Shown: positions 51,338 to 64,000 of the stretch, in pieces | Numbering within the stretch: the stretch's first letter is position 1 | How the letters are laid out: every line of letters starts with the position of its first letter | DNA from: Vicugna vicugna | Lineage: Eukaryota | Assembly (NCBI GenBank): GCA_013265495.1 | Contig: MU057796.1 | Coordinates: forward strand, 558,001 to 622,000 | Length of the DNA stretch: 64,000 nucleotides | Direction: 5' to 3' | The notes under the pieces: generated by a model | Database searches by the model: none | Told to the model about the DNA's origin: nothing | What the model saw: the letters and a program-made list of their open reading frames with translations, nothing else | Program-made: the position numbers and the translations under genes

Positions 51338-51540
51338 GATTTCCGTTCTGGGCCGCTCCGGAGCCCGGCCGGCCGCCGAGCTGCCGCTTTCGGGCAGCAG
51401 CGCCACGGCGAGGCTCGGGGCGCGACCCGGCGGCCCGGCAGGACCCCTGCACGGGCGACCGGGAGGATGGAGGCGCTCGGCTTCCCGGTGCGTCGCGCTC
51501 CGTGCCTGTGTGGTGCTGCCGCTGCTCCCTGGCCGCTCAT
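51338..51540. other. CpG-island-like foreign fragment inside the ancient L1
   Basis: About 30 CpGs (hand count) in ~200 bp, very GC-rich, with sharp borders against AT-rich CpG-depleted L1. Confidence 0.9.
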
Positions 51541-52151
51541 TTCAGAAACTATAGCGACACTGAAACTGAACCTATAATCATTGTGAAATATCCCTATTTA
51601 TCTCTGGGTTTGCCTCAGTCTTCCATGACAGTTATTAGTATGGTTGTTGGAACTTCCCTTTGGTTTGTGTTTGCATTGTTTACCTTTTTCCGTTACTTTT
51701 TCCCAACATTTTTGTGTTCTTGTACTTAGGATATGTTTCTTATGTGCAGCTTAGATTTGTTTTTTATAACCAGTCTATCGATCTTAGTCTTCAACTTTGG
51801 ATTATATAGCCCATGTAGACTTAACGTATTACAACATAATTTGTGTTTAAAACTATAGTCTAAAAAGTGTTCGCTATTTGTCCCACTTTATATTCTTTCC
51901 GTTTTACTGACCAGTAAATGTCTTATTATTTGATTTTCCCCTTTATTAACTAGTTAGCTCTACATTATTTTTCTCTTCTTTTCATGGTTGCCTTACAACT
52001 TACATTATGGATACTATACTTAATAAAATCTTTTGCAAATTGTTATCTGACCACTTTCAAGATGATACTAGTGTTTTAGACCACATCAGCTCCATTTACC
52101 CTCTCACATCTTTGTATTATCGTTGTAATACAGTTTAGTTCCACACATATT

Positions 52152-52780
52152 TTTCCAGTTTTATTGAGAAATAATTACATACATCATTATATAAGTTTAA
52201 GGTGTACAGCATCATGATTTCATTACATATATTGTGAAATGGTTGCCACAGTAGGTTTAGCTAACATTGTCATCTTATACAGATACAATAAAAAGACAAA
52301 AGCTCTCTTTGTGATGAGGACTCTTAGAATTTACTCTCTTAATAATTTTCCTATACATCATACAGCAATGTTAACCATAGTCATCATGTTGTACATCACA
52401 TCCTTAGTACTTATTTATCTGGAACTGGAGGTGTGTACCTTTTAACCATCTTCCTCCAGTTCCTCCTCTCCCTACCCTCCACCTCTGGCAACCACAAATC
52501 TGATCTTTTCTTTGAGTTTGATGGGGTTTTTTCTGTTTCATTTTAGACTCCTGATGTAAGTGAAATCATATAGTATTTGTCTTTCTCTGTCTGACTTGTT
52601 TCACTTAACATGATGACCTCAAAGTCCATCTATATTGTTACAAATGGTAAGATTTCCTTTTTATAACTGAGATATATATATATATATATATGACATTTCC
52701 TTATCCATTCATCCATCAATGAACACAGGTTGCTTCCATGACTTGGTTATTATAAACAATACTGCCATGAACATGGAATT
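52152..52780 (-). mobile_element. L1MA9-like 3' end nested in an older L1
   Basis: ttttattgagaaataatt..gtttaaggtgtacagcat..gtgatgaggactcttagaatttactctctt..ttatccattcatccatcaatg. Confidence 0.85.
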
Positions 52781-53099
52781 GTGTTAGTTTGACTAATGTT
52801 CTTCCGAATGGTTTCCTTTATATTTTTCCTACCTGAGGCTTGCAGAACTTATTGAATCTATGGACTGATGTTTTTCATCAGCACTGGAAAATACTGGACA
52901 TTATATCTTCAAAAAATTCTCAGCCATAATCTCTATTTTCTCTACTTTGGGACTCCAGTTAGATAATTTGAAAGAAATTTATCCTTTACCTCATGTTCTT
53001 TTTTTTCCTTTCCTTTTCTTTTTATTTCTGTGTCTCAGTATATTTTCTACTGATCTGTCTTACAGTTTGTTAATTTTACCCTTCATATCTGTTTTTTTT

Positions 53100-55990
53100 A
53101 AGTGTTTTTTCAAAGTCTTTATCTATTTTTAATTGGGTTGATTATTTTTCATAACTGAATTTGGGGAGTTCTCTTTGATGCTAAATAGATGATCTTTATA
53201 AAAAAGTGTTTTGAAAATATTTTCTCCCAGTTTCTGGCTTATCTTTTCATTCTCTGACAGTGACTTACGAAGTGCAGAAATTCTTACTTTGCTGAAAGCC
53301 AATTTACCATTTTTTATATTGTGTTTTACTATCATACCCAAAAAAACATCAAAACTAAAGCCACAAAGATTTATTCCCATCTTTACTTCTTTAGCTTTTA
53401 TAATTTTATACCTTACATTTTAAGTTTATGATATATTTTTAAGTATTATAATATAAGGAGCAAGATATGGATCAAGATTTACTTCTATCCATTCGAATGA
53501 TCAATTGTTTCAGGACCGTTTATTACCTTAAATATCCTTTCTTCATTGAATTGCTGTTTTCCTTTAGATGAAAATCAGTTGACCAGGTATGTGTTATTCT
53601 GTTCTTCTCCACTGATTTATGTATCTATTCTTTCATCACTACCACAATGTCTTGATTTCTGTATCTTTACAGTTAAATTTTGGAATCAGGTATTTGGATG
53701 TTTTCTAGTATTTTTCTCTTAGCAATTACTGATTTCATTTTTTGTGGTTAAAGAAAATACTTCGCATGATTTCTCTTCTTTTAAATTTTCCATTTTCATT
53801 CATGGTCCAGAATAGTTTGTATAAAGTTTCATGTGCACTCTCAAGCCTGTTTATTCTGTTCTTATTCAGGGGAGCACGCTATGAATGTCAGTTAGATCAG
53901 ATTGGTTCATACTGTTGTTTGCATCTTCTATATTTTTGCTGATTCCTTGCCTACTAGTTTTATTGAGAGAGAAACATAAAGTTTCCCAGTATAATTGTGG
54001 CCTTATCTATTTCTCTGATCAGTCTTAAGTATTTACCTCAGGTGTTTTTAAGCACTGCTTTTAGGTGCATATACATTTTGAATTTGTATATCTTCTTGAT
54101 ACATTTGTCTTGTAATGTTGTGTAATACTCTTCTTTATCCTTCAAAAGATTTCTTGTTATGAAATCAGCTTTCTCTTTTTATTATGATTACTTTGGTTTT
54201 ACTTTCTTATTGTTTAAATGGTTCATTTTATACCATTCTTTCCACTTTTACCTATCTGTGTCTTTATAGTTTTAGTAGGTTTCTTGTAGATAGTATGTAG
54301 TTAGGTCATTGAATTTTTAAACCAGTGAGACAATCTGTCTTTAATGGATGTACTCATACTACTTATATTTAACGTAATAATTGATATTAATTTAAATGGA
54401 CCATCCTCTTGGTTACTTTCTATCTGTTTTGTCTTTTCTTTTGTTTTCTTCCTGTTTTTTCGTCTCCTATTAGGTTGATTACTTTATGATTCTACTTTTA
54501 TCTCCACTATTATCTTACCATTTATAGCTTCCAAAAAAGACATTTATTGCTTCCCTAGAGTTCATATATACATATTTAATCACAGCCTACCTTCAGATAC
54601 TGTATAATTTCACATGTAATGTAATGCCCTTACAGTAGTCCCAATTACTCATTTCAATCTTTTGTGCTATGGTTGATGTATACATTTTTTAAGTTTGCTA
54701 TGCACAATACACACAATGCTAATACACAATACATTACTACTATTTTTGTTTTCAACAATTTTCTATTAGAGCAACTTCAATGAGCAAAAAATAAATTATA
54801 TATATATATTTACATATATATACATTCATTCAGTATTTTTTCTTTATGTAGGTTCCAGTTTCTGTCTGGTGACATAACCTTCTGCTTGAATAAATTTCTT
54901 TAACATATTTTGTAGCATGTGTATTCTGGTTCTGAGTTATTTCTGTTTTGGTTTGTCTTCAGACTTCATTTCCCTTCCATTATTGAAAGTTATTTTTATT
55001 GGATATAGAAATTGAGATTGACTATTTATTTTTGTTTCTAATACTTCAAAGATCTCAGTAAACTGTTTCCTGCCTTTCATTATTTCTAAGGATAAGCCTG
55101 ATGTAATTCTTAGCTTTGTTTCTCTGGGTGTAATCTGTCTTTATTTGAGATGCTTTTAAATCTTTGATTTTCAGCAGTTTGACTGTTTGGGTATATTTCT
55201 TGGGTATTTATCCTGCTTGGTTTCCCCTAAGCTTTTTGCAATTGTGTTTTGGTGTCTTTGATTCATCCTGGAAAATTCTCAGCCATTATTTCCTCAAATA
55301 TTTTTTTTGCCCCAGTCTCTTATCTTTTTCTTCTTGAATTCCTATTACACGTATGTTAGATTGTTTGATATTGTCTTACAGCTATTGGATGTTATATTTC
55401 ATTTTTCACTTTTTTTTGGTTTTGTGCTTTGTTTAGATAATTTATATTGACCAATATACATTTCACAAAGCCTTTCCTCAACCTGTATCATATTCTTTCC
55501 TTCTGATGAGCCTATCACAAAAGAATTTTTCATTTCTGTCATTGTGTATTTGGTTTCTATATTTTCACTTAATTTTTTTCTTTAGACTTTTCTCCCCCTG
55601 TAAATTCCCATCTATTCACATATATTATCTATCTTTTCCACCATAATGCATTAATCACAGTTATTTTAAATCCCCTGTGTGACAGCGCAAATACCTGGAT
55701 CATACTGGAGTCTGGTTCTGTTGATTCCCCTGACAACATGTTATTTTTTTTCTTGTCTCTTTTTCTCATAATTCCTGTTTGAATGCTAGAAATCTTGTAT
55801 TGCACAGTAGTGTGTGAGCTAAGCAGTATTTGTGTCTGCAAATGGCACACATTTTCATTTGGTACATTATTAGTATGGGGGTTGAATCAGTGTAGCCATG
55901 ACTTGACTTTAATTTGGGTTATTTCAGCTGTGGTCACCTTTAGTGTACCTTAAGATTCAAATTCCTCTAGTGGTACTTTGAGTTTAGAGT
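53100..55990 (-). mobile_element. Second old LINE-1 (L1MD/L1M4-like), ORF2 pieces to ORF1 and 5' region
   Basis: Antisense ORF2 (tttcccagtataattgtggccttatctatttc; gtttcttgtagatag) and ORF1 (ggaaaattctcagccattatttcctcaaata). Confidence 0.75.
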
Positions 55991-56394
55991 ACTGGCTGCA
56001 TTTCTGGAGTATTTATTATTAATGTTTCTGTTCTACCATTAGCCTTACGCTTTCCTTATGATCTCAGCTCTAATTCATTCAAGAAAGGTCAGGATTTTGT
56101 AGACTAGCCATATTTTTCTTATTATAAAGGTGGTAACAATATTCTTTTCAGCTTTCTTCATTTTAAATATAATCCCTAAGTACTTGATTTTTAAGTATTT
56201 CTCAGACTACAAGATTCTGACACAATGTCAAGACCAGGACATCTCAGAAAGAGATTGTCCAGAACCCTTCAAGAGAAACTGGACAATGAATTGATAGAAG
56301 GTGTTCTGCAAAGGTTTTCTGGGTGACTACAATTTTAACATGTGACCATAATTTATGGGCATCTGGTAAGAAAATCCAACTATAAATTAAAACT

Positions 56395-56630
56395 AATAAT
56401 AATAGTATCTATCAAGTGCTTAAAATACATTAAGCACAACAAAAGGTGTTTTACATCTCTCATATCATTTAATTTTCTTACCACCACTAAAAGACAGGAA
56501 ATGATACGATCTCTACCTTATACCAGAGGAAACTGAGGTTCAGAAAGCAAGTGACCTGCTCAATACTACAGCACTACTAAGTGCTCTGTCGAGTTACAGA
56601 AGTCCCAGTCGTGATCACTATGCTGTATTC
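56395..56630 (-). mobile_element. MIR SINE
   Basis: catatcatttaatt..agaggaaactgaggttcagaaagcaagtgacctgc. Confidence 0.8.
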
Positions 56631-59289
56631 TTTCCTTTTGGTATTATCAGGCTATTTTTTTTCTCTTGTGAAAGTACTTTCCTTATCTGTTTTTATGTAT
56701 TCCTTTTTTGATATTTTTAAAAGAAGAAAATGCTTATGAGTTGGGCAAAATATCATATCTATCACTGGTTTTGACTTTATTTTTCTGTTACAAAAGATTG
56801 ATGAGTTGCCTACCTTTTATACCTTGTGCATTATTTACTGTATGATATAAAATTGGTAAAAGTTTTGAGAATGGGGTACAGAAAAAAAATCTCTATTTTT
56901 ATTCTGAAACTATCATGTTTAGCTCTCAGTTTTAGGAGAGTTGGTCTTCTCATAAATTCCATCACTCTCTTGCTGCTATTTCTGTCTAGCAAATTATTCC
57001 TTATTCACGAGGCAATGAAAGGTCACTGGAAAGAAGAATATAATATTCACTCTCATAAAATAAAGTTAAACAGTATTTAGCATTTATATCTTTCCAGTAT
57101 AGTAAACAAAATATGGTTTATTTGACTCAATGAAGACCTATGATACCAAAAAAGATAAATCTAATGATTTGTTTGAACACAGGAAGATAAATCTTGCACA
57201 GCATGCCCTCAGTGATGACATGTTACTATTGTCCTAGTTCTCTGTAAAATTAGATAGAAAGGCAAAGCAGGCCTTCTTTCTTGTTCCCAAACATCCAGAG
57301 CCTAGTCTAGGGGTACAGTCTAAGGAGATCAGCTGAATGGTATAATTAATTTCTTTGTTTACTTGCTGTACTTTTTATGCTACTTACTGAAATAAGATTG
57401 ACATTGTGTTCTATATTTACAAGAGAGGGTAGAAAAAGAAAAGGTCAATTATTCTTTTTAATTTGCTTTATTTTTCACTGAGTGTCTGAGAAAATGTAAA
57501 ATTTTCTGACCTTTCTTCACAGATGTTGCAAGATAATTATTTCCATTTTTATGGACATTCATATCTGTGGTTAAAAATTTTCACAGGTGCATTATTAAAA
57601 CTGATCTGGAAATTTCATATAAATGCAAATGCATTAGTTTTATAAAGTGTCTGTAAATTTTATTTATAAAAATATATTGTACAAAACTTGGCTTCAGAAA
57701 ATGTTTCTTTATAGTCCCAACCACTTTTTTGCCATAATTTAAATAATATAACCAAAATATAGTCAGTTAGTGTCTTTGAAAAATACAGAAATCAAAATAA
57801 TGCATTTATCCTTGTAAACTACATGGCTTTAAATATTTTTACACAGAGTAAGAAATTCAGTAAGAAAACAGTAATAAAAAAAAACTGGAAAAGCAAAGGA
57901 AAGAAAAGCAATAGAAGTAAATGTTTAACACTATAAAAGGGCTGGCTTTGGTACCCTATTTATCAATCTAGGCATTTCCAAAAGGTTTTGATGCTTTTCT
58001 ATACAGTAAAAGTAAATCTACCTTCAAAATATGCCAATTTCCTCTAAAGTTATTTACAAAAAAAAATCAATCTTTTTAAGTCTTTTTTCCAATTTCTTTT
58101 TTACACATTTTGTTTCTCATTATCAAATAAAAATCTGTCTCATGGTTTTATAAGGCTTTTACAAAGGACTCCCTTCACTGAATCGCAGAATGTGGCCTTT
58201 TCTTTTTATCTCTCTAATTAAAACATAGCAACCTGGGGAATCTATCAGTTAGTTCTCAGTAAATGGCACTTATTTTGATCTCCTTTGGTAGAACAGGTAA
58301 AATGGTGAAGTGAACAGAAATGTCCTGGTCCCTAAATTAGATATAAACCCACTAATATGCAACCTACAGACTCTTCTGGGTCTACAGAAATGGCACCCAG
58401 TAATTTATTTTGACATAAATCAACTTGCTTTCACTCTATAGTTCAGCTGTGCTGAGATCATTTTTCAAAGGAACTTAACAGTTCAAGATTGTTCATGCCT
58501 TCTGGAATCCTACATCTATATTTTCCTTCTTAACTGATTCTCTGAAGTTTGAATCAAAGACCATATATCATGATATAATTCTAGTACTTAGTAGATTCAT
58601 CTTTCTGGCTACGATTTTGTATTTTTTCCCCCTAAGTCTTATAGTAGTTGGTCAACATGGTTGTCTGGGATTATTAGAATTTTGGGGAGTTGGGGGGATT
58701 GTTGTTTGTTTTTTGCTTTCAACTGAAAAGTCTTATGCTCTATTGTCAAAGGCATAGGCAAAATCTTAATTATTGTATGAACCAATGCCTCTACACCTTT
58801 TCCTGGGGCAAGCATGACAAGGGTATCAATAAGGTCATATGTAATGGACATACTGACCTAGTAATGGTTGCCTATAAAAAGATTTCTTTTGAGGTAAATT
58901 AATTCTAATAAAGAATACCAAGCAAGTGGCATAATCAAATTGTGTTTGAGTGTTTACAGGATAATTAAGAAGCAATTTCCTAAGAAAATTAGTTTCTAGG
59001 ATAAAGGGGCCAGGGCAGGTTTTCAGAGAGGCAATATATGTTTGGATGGTTCGTGTATGCAATTCGTATCAAAATATTTACTAGAATACACGATGAAGTA
59101 TATCTAACCACATGTGTGAGAAAACTAGTGTAACTGGATGTTGTGTTGGAAGTACTCAATTCATAAAAGTTGCTTACATAGAAGAAAAGGGGCCAAATTG
59201 ATTTAATACAACAAAATTTAAGCTCTAGTTCAGAAAGGAAAGCATTGGATTTAGGTAGGAATCTTAAATGTCATTCCTAAACTTGGTCA

Positions 59290-59607
59290 CTAAAAACTAA
59301 GAAGCATTGATAAAAAGAATTAAAGAAGGCAAAAATATATAGAAAGACATTCCAAGGTCATGCATTGAAAGATCTAGTATTGTTAAAATATCTATATTTA
59401 TCAACACAGTCTACAGATTCAGTGCAATCCTTATCAAAATCAAATGACATTTTTCAAAGAAATAGAAAATACAAATATAAAATTTATACGGAACCACAAT
59501 GCACTCTAGAGAGCCAAAGCAATCTTAAGAAAGAACAATAAATGGAGGCATCACATTTCCTCACTTCAAAATAAATCACACAGCTACAGGAATTAAAACA
59601 ATTTGGT
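59290..59607 (+). mobile_element. Older L1MA/MB ORF2 fragment (left part)
   Basis: gtctacagattcagtgcaatccttatcaaaat..agccaaagcaatcttaagaaagaacaa..tggaggcatcacatttcc. Confidence 0.85.
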
Positions 59608-62600
59608 CTAACTTACCAGCTAAGAGAATTACAAAAAGGAGAGCAAAAACCCCCAAAAGTCAACAGAAGGAAGGAAATAATAAAGATCAGGGAGGAGATA
59701 AATAAACAGAGATTAAAAAACAACACAAAAATCAATCAAACCAAGAGCTGGTTTTTTAAAAGAGTAAACAAAGTTGACAAATCTCTGGCCAAACTCACAA
59801 AGAAGAGAAAAAAGAGAGCACAAATGAACAAAATAAGAAAGGAAAATGGAGAAATTACAACAATACCACAAAAATACAAAATGTAATATGAGAATACTAT
59901 GAACAACTATATTGAAACAAAATGGACAACCTAGAAGAAATGGACAAGTTTCTGGAAACATACAGTCCACCAAGACTGAATCAAGAAGAAACTGACCACT
60001 TGAACAAACTGATCAGTAGAAATGAAATCAAACTAGCAATAAAAAAAAAACCTCCCTACAAATAAAAGTTCAGGACTGAATGGTTTCACTGGGGAATTCT
60101 ACCATACAAAGAAGAACTCATACTGGTCCTTCTCAAACTCTTCCAGATGATTGAAAAGAGGGGAGTACTCCCAAACTCATCACCGTCACCCTGATACCAA
60201 AACCAGACAAAGACACTACCAAAAAAGAAAATTACAGACCAATATCACTGATGGACATAGATGCAAAAATCCTCACCAAAATATTAGCAAACAGAATCCA
60301 ACAGCACATAAAAAATATCATGCAACATGATCAAGTTGGGTTCATGCCAGGAACACAAGGATTGTTCAACATTTACAAATCAGTCAATGTAATACACCAC
60401 ACAACAAGAGAAAGGACAAAAACCACATGATCATCTCAATAGATGCAGATAAAGCATTTGAAAAAAGTCAACATCCATTTATGATAAAAAACCCTCACCA
60501 AAGTGGGTACAGAGGGAACCTACCTCAACATAATAAAAGCTATATATGACAGACCTACAGCCAGCATAGTATTCAGTGGTGAAAAACTGAAAACCTTCCC
60601 ACTAAAATCTGGGAGAAGACAAGGTTGTCCACTCTCACCACTCCTAGTCAACAAGTCTTGGAAGCCCTAGCCACAGCAATCAGATAAGAGAGAGAAATAA
60701 AGGGATCCAAATTGGAAAAGAAGAGGTAAACTTTTCACTATATGCAAATGACATGATGCTATATGTAGAAAACCCTAAAAGTTCCACACAAAAACTACCA
60801 GAACTAATAGAAGAATTCAGCAAGGTAGCAGGATACAAAATTAACTGCATTTTGTATTGATGCATTAATACAAAATTAATGTACAAAAATTAGTTGCATT
60901 TCTTTACACTAATGATGAATTAACAGGAAAAGAAAGCAAACAAAAATCCCTTTTAAAATAGCACCCAAAGTAATAAAATACCCAGGAATAAATCCAACCA
61001 AGGAGGTGAAATACTTATACATGGAGACTACAAAACATTGATTAAGGAAATTAAAGAAGACTTTAAAAAAAAAAAAAAGGAAACATATCCCATGCTTCTG
61101 GATTCGATTTGCATTAAATCCCTATCAAATTACCCAGGACATATTTCACAGAACTAGAACAAATCATAATAAAATTTATATGAAATCACAAAAGACCCAG
61201 AATTGCCAAAGCATTACTGAAGAACAGGAATAAGGCTGGAGGAATAACCCTCCCAGACTTCAGACAATACTGCCGAGCTACAGTAATCAAAACAGCATGG
61301 CATTGATACAAAAACAGACATATGGATCAATGTAACAGAACAGAGAGCCCAGAGATGAACCTACAAACTTTTGGTCAATTAAACTTTGACAAAGGAGGCA
61401 AGAATATACAATGGAATAAAGACAGTCTCTTCAGCAAATGATGTTGGGAAAACTGGACAGCAGCATGTAAATCAATAAAGCTAGAACACTCCTTTACACC
61501 ATACACAAAAATAAATTCAAAATGAATCAGAGACTTAAACATAGGACAAGACACTATAAACCTCCTAGAAGAAAATATAGGCAAAACATTATCTCACATA
61601 CATCTCAAAAATGTTCTCCTAGGGCAGTCTACTCAAGCAATAGAAATAAAAGCAAGAATAAACAAATGGGACCTAATGAAATGTACAAGCTTCTGCACAG
61701 CAAAGAAAACCATAAGCAAAACAAAAAGACAACCTACGGAATGGGAAAAATTTTTGCAAGTGAAACTGACAAAGGCTTGATCGTCAGAATATATAAGCAG
61801 CTCATATGACTTAATAAGAAAAAGCAAACAACCCAATCCAAAAATGGGCAGAAGATCTAAACAAGCAATTAACCAAGGAGGAAATACAAATGATCAACAG
61901 GCACATGAGAAAATGCTCAATATCACTAATTATCAGAGAAATGCAAATCAAAACTACAATGAGGTGTCAGCTCACACCAGTCAGAATGATCGTCATTCAA
62001 AAGTCCACAAATGACAAATGCTGGAGAGGCTGTGGAGAAAGGGGAACCCTCCTACACTGCTGGTGGGAATGCAGTTTGGTGCAGCCACTATGGAAAACAG
62101 TATGGAGATTCCTCAAAAGACTAGGAATAGACTTACCATGTGACCCAGGAATCCAGCTTCTGGGCATATATCCAGAAGGAACCCTACTTCAGGATGACAT
62201 CTGCACCCCAATGTTCGTAGCAGAACCATTTACAATAGCCAAAACATGAAAACAGCATAAATGTCCATCAACAGATGACTGGATAAAGAAGCAGTGGTAT
62301 ATTTATACAACAGAATACTGTTCAGCAATAAAAAATGACAACATAACACCACTTGCAGCAACATGGATGTCCCTGGAGAATGTCATTCTAAGTGAAGTAA
62401 ACCAGAAAGAGAAAGAAAAATACCAAATGACATCACTCATATGTGGAATCTAAAGAAAAACAAAACAGAAATACAAAACAGAAACAGACACATAGACATA
62501 GAATACAAACTTGTGGTTGCCAAGGGGGCAAGCAGTGGGAAGGGACAGACTGGGATTTCAAAATATAGAATAGATAAGCAAGATTATACTGTATAGCACA

Positions 62601-62760
62601 AGGAAATATATACAAGATCTTATGGTAGCTCACAGCAAAAAAAAAATGTGACAATGAATATGTATATGTTCATGTATAACTGAAAAATTGTGCTCTACAC
62701 TGGAATTTGACACAATGTTGTAAAGTGACTACAACTCAATAAAAAAAAGTTTAAAAAAAA
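59608..62760 (+). mobile_element. Young 5'-truncated LINE-1 (~3.15 kb), ORF2 pseudogene, 3'UTR and A-tail
   Basis: Colinear ORF2 ([63 protein letters not shown]) with stops and frameshifts; ends ctcaataaaaaaaagtttaaaaaaaa. Confidence 0.97.
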
Positions 62761-63125
62761 GAGGGAAACACTGCCATACGTGACAATATGAATAAAGCTG
62801 GAGGACATTATACTAAGTGAAATAAACCAGTAACAGAAGGGCAAATATTGTGTAATTCTACTTCTATAAGATATTCAAAATATTCAAACTCATAGAAGCA
62901 GAGAGCAAAATAGTAGTGGTCAGGGGCTGGGGAAGAGGAAATGGGGAGCTGCTGTTCAACATGGCTGAAGTTTAAAGTTCTAGTTATACCAAGTGAATAA
63001 GGTGTAGGGATCTGTTGCACAAAATTGAATCCCTAGCTAACAGTACTACTATCCTATGCATTTAAAAACTTGTTAAGACGTTAGATCTTATAGTAAGTAT
63101 TCTTACCACAATAAAAAAGAAAAAT
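62761..63125 (+). mobile_element. Older L1MA/MB 3'UTR (right part)
   Basis: ctggaggacattatactaagtgaaataaaccag..aaactcatagaagcagagag..ttcttaccacaataaaaaag. Confidence 0.85.
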
Positions 63126-64000
63126 AGGAAAAAAAAGAAGAAACTTATCCAGTCCTATTCTACTTTTTTTGGCCATGAGTGAATAAGGGAAAAAAAAAAT
63201 CTCTTCATTTGTGATTTGTTGTAAATACCCATCCATCCAGAAAACTCCACCTGGATATTCCAGGTAGATTTCCTTTTATCTCCATATTTGTCAAGGTCTC
63301 CCATCCACTCTGGCGATGGTGGCTCTCAGTCCCACCAAAAGGAAGAGAATTTCAATGCCTTGATGCCATCTTATCATACAACTTAGTGCTTCCCAAGAGG
63401 AAGTGAATCAAAATATGTGGCCGTCTATAAACTCTTTGGGGTTAGCAAGGGAGACCAGCCATGGAATGTTGATTTAATTGCTAAAGCCCATCTATGGTTT
63501 CCTGTTGATCTCTGGAAAGATGTTAAGGTCACTAAAACATATTTTGCTTGTAAAGTTTCTATTGGGTCGACACAGTTATCATGGGAAGAGTGCGTGTGAC
63601 ACTTCTTTTGCTTGATTAAATTTCAAAAGTCCCTTCATTCATGCCTGAGAAAACTTGATTTAAAGTAAGATCTGCTGAAAGGTGCCCACGAACCCTTCTA
63701 ATAAGCAAGTATAATTTTTTGTCACTTGCGGATAGCACTCAGTATGCTTTTGGGAGCATTTTCAGAGGAGACTTCTGCATGAGGTTCATTCTAGCAGAAG
63801 AAATACTTCCTGACTACTGACCTGAAGCAACTCTCCTGGATGTGCATCCTCTGTGGCAGATGCCAGATTGGCCTGTTTCCATTCCTGGGGGCTGTTCATA
63901 AAAACAAATTTCTTTGTCTGAGAGACTCATCTCTCATGATGTTTGACCATCCCTAGACATGGCAAGGGCATTGACATCTCTGCCTTGCCTGCAACTTCTC

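Larger units (their letters stand above)
48340..53100 (-). mobile_element. Long ancient LINE-1 (L1ME-like), 3'UTR through ORF2 to ORF1, fragmented
   Basis: Minus ORF TPHPDGFTGELFHKFKEEI..FTNSFYEVRINFIVKLDKDITKK (L1 RT entry); ggaagtggaattactgga; colinear with the copy at 24215-26545. Confidence 0.8.

Noticed and set aside
51331..51729. 132-aa plus-strand ORF as a gene
   Set aside because: Non-ATG start; open because of the GC-rich insert, then runs into antisense L1.
57523..57586. Candidate 64-nt exon (MLQDNYFHFYGHSYLWLKIFT)
   Set aside because: Acceptor is good but the donor (cag|gtgcat) is weak, and the peptide is not recognised.
59608..62250. Functional L1 ORF2
   Set aside because: 5'-truncated, with multiple stops and frameshifts, and the RT catalytic motif reads YAND instead of (F/Y)ADD.

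Overview
AT-rich, repeat-dominated mammalian DNA (intergenic or deep intronic) with no protein-coding gene I can recognise. The ORF track is explained by LINE-1 remnants or by chance. A truncated tRNA-derived Vic-1-type SINE (22429-22490) and two young L1 3'-UTR types point to a camelid (camel/alpaca/llama) draft assembly, which has one 221-N gap (38464-38684). The window holds many LINE-1 copies of different ages plus HAL1-like, L2, MIR, MaLR LTR (MLT1) and DNA-transposon (MER8, MER94, MER103C-like) relics. Repeat family names come from recalled consensus motifs, not from a search, and boundaries are approximate. The most unusual features are: (1) a ~200-bp CpG-island-like fragment with about 30 intact CpGs that replaces part of an ancient AT-rich L1 (51338-51540); (2) several young L1 copies with non-canonical architecture (triple internal deletion at microhomologies, 5'UTR fused to the endonuclease domain without ORF1, an inverted ORF2 piece wedged in front of the poly-A tail, an insertion coinciding with ~1 kb loss of the host element); (3) smaller structures, namely a bulged hairpin, a dimeric minisatellite, a 76/81-bp tandem duplication and a fold-back insertion. 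I found no convincing evidence of a new gene-level biological system.
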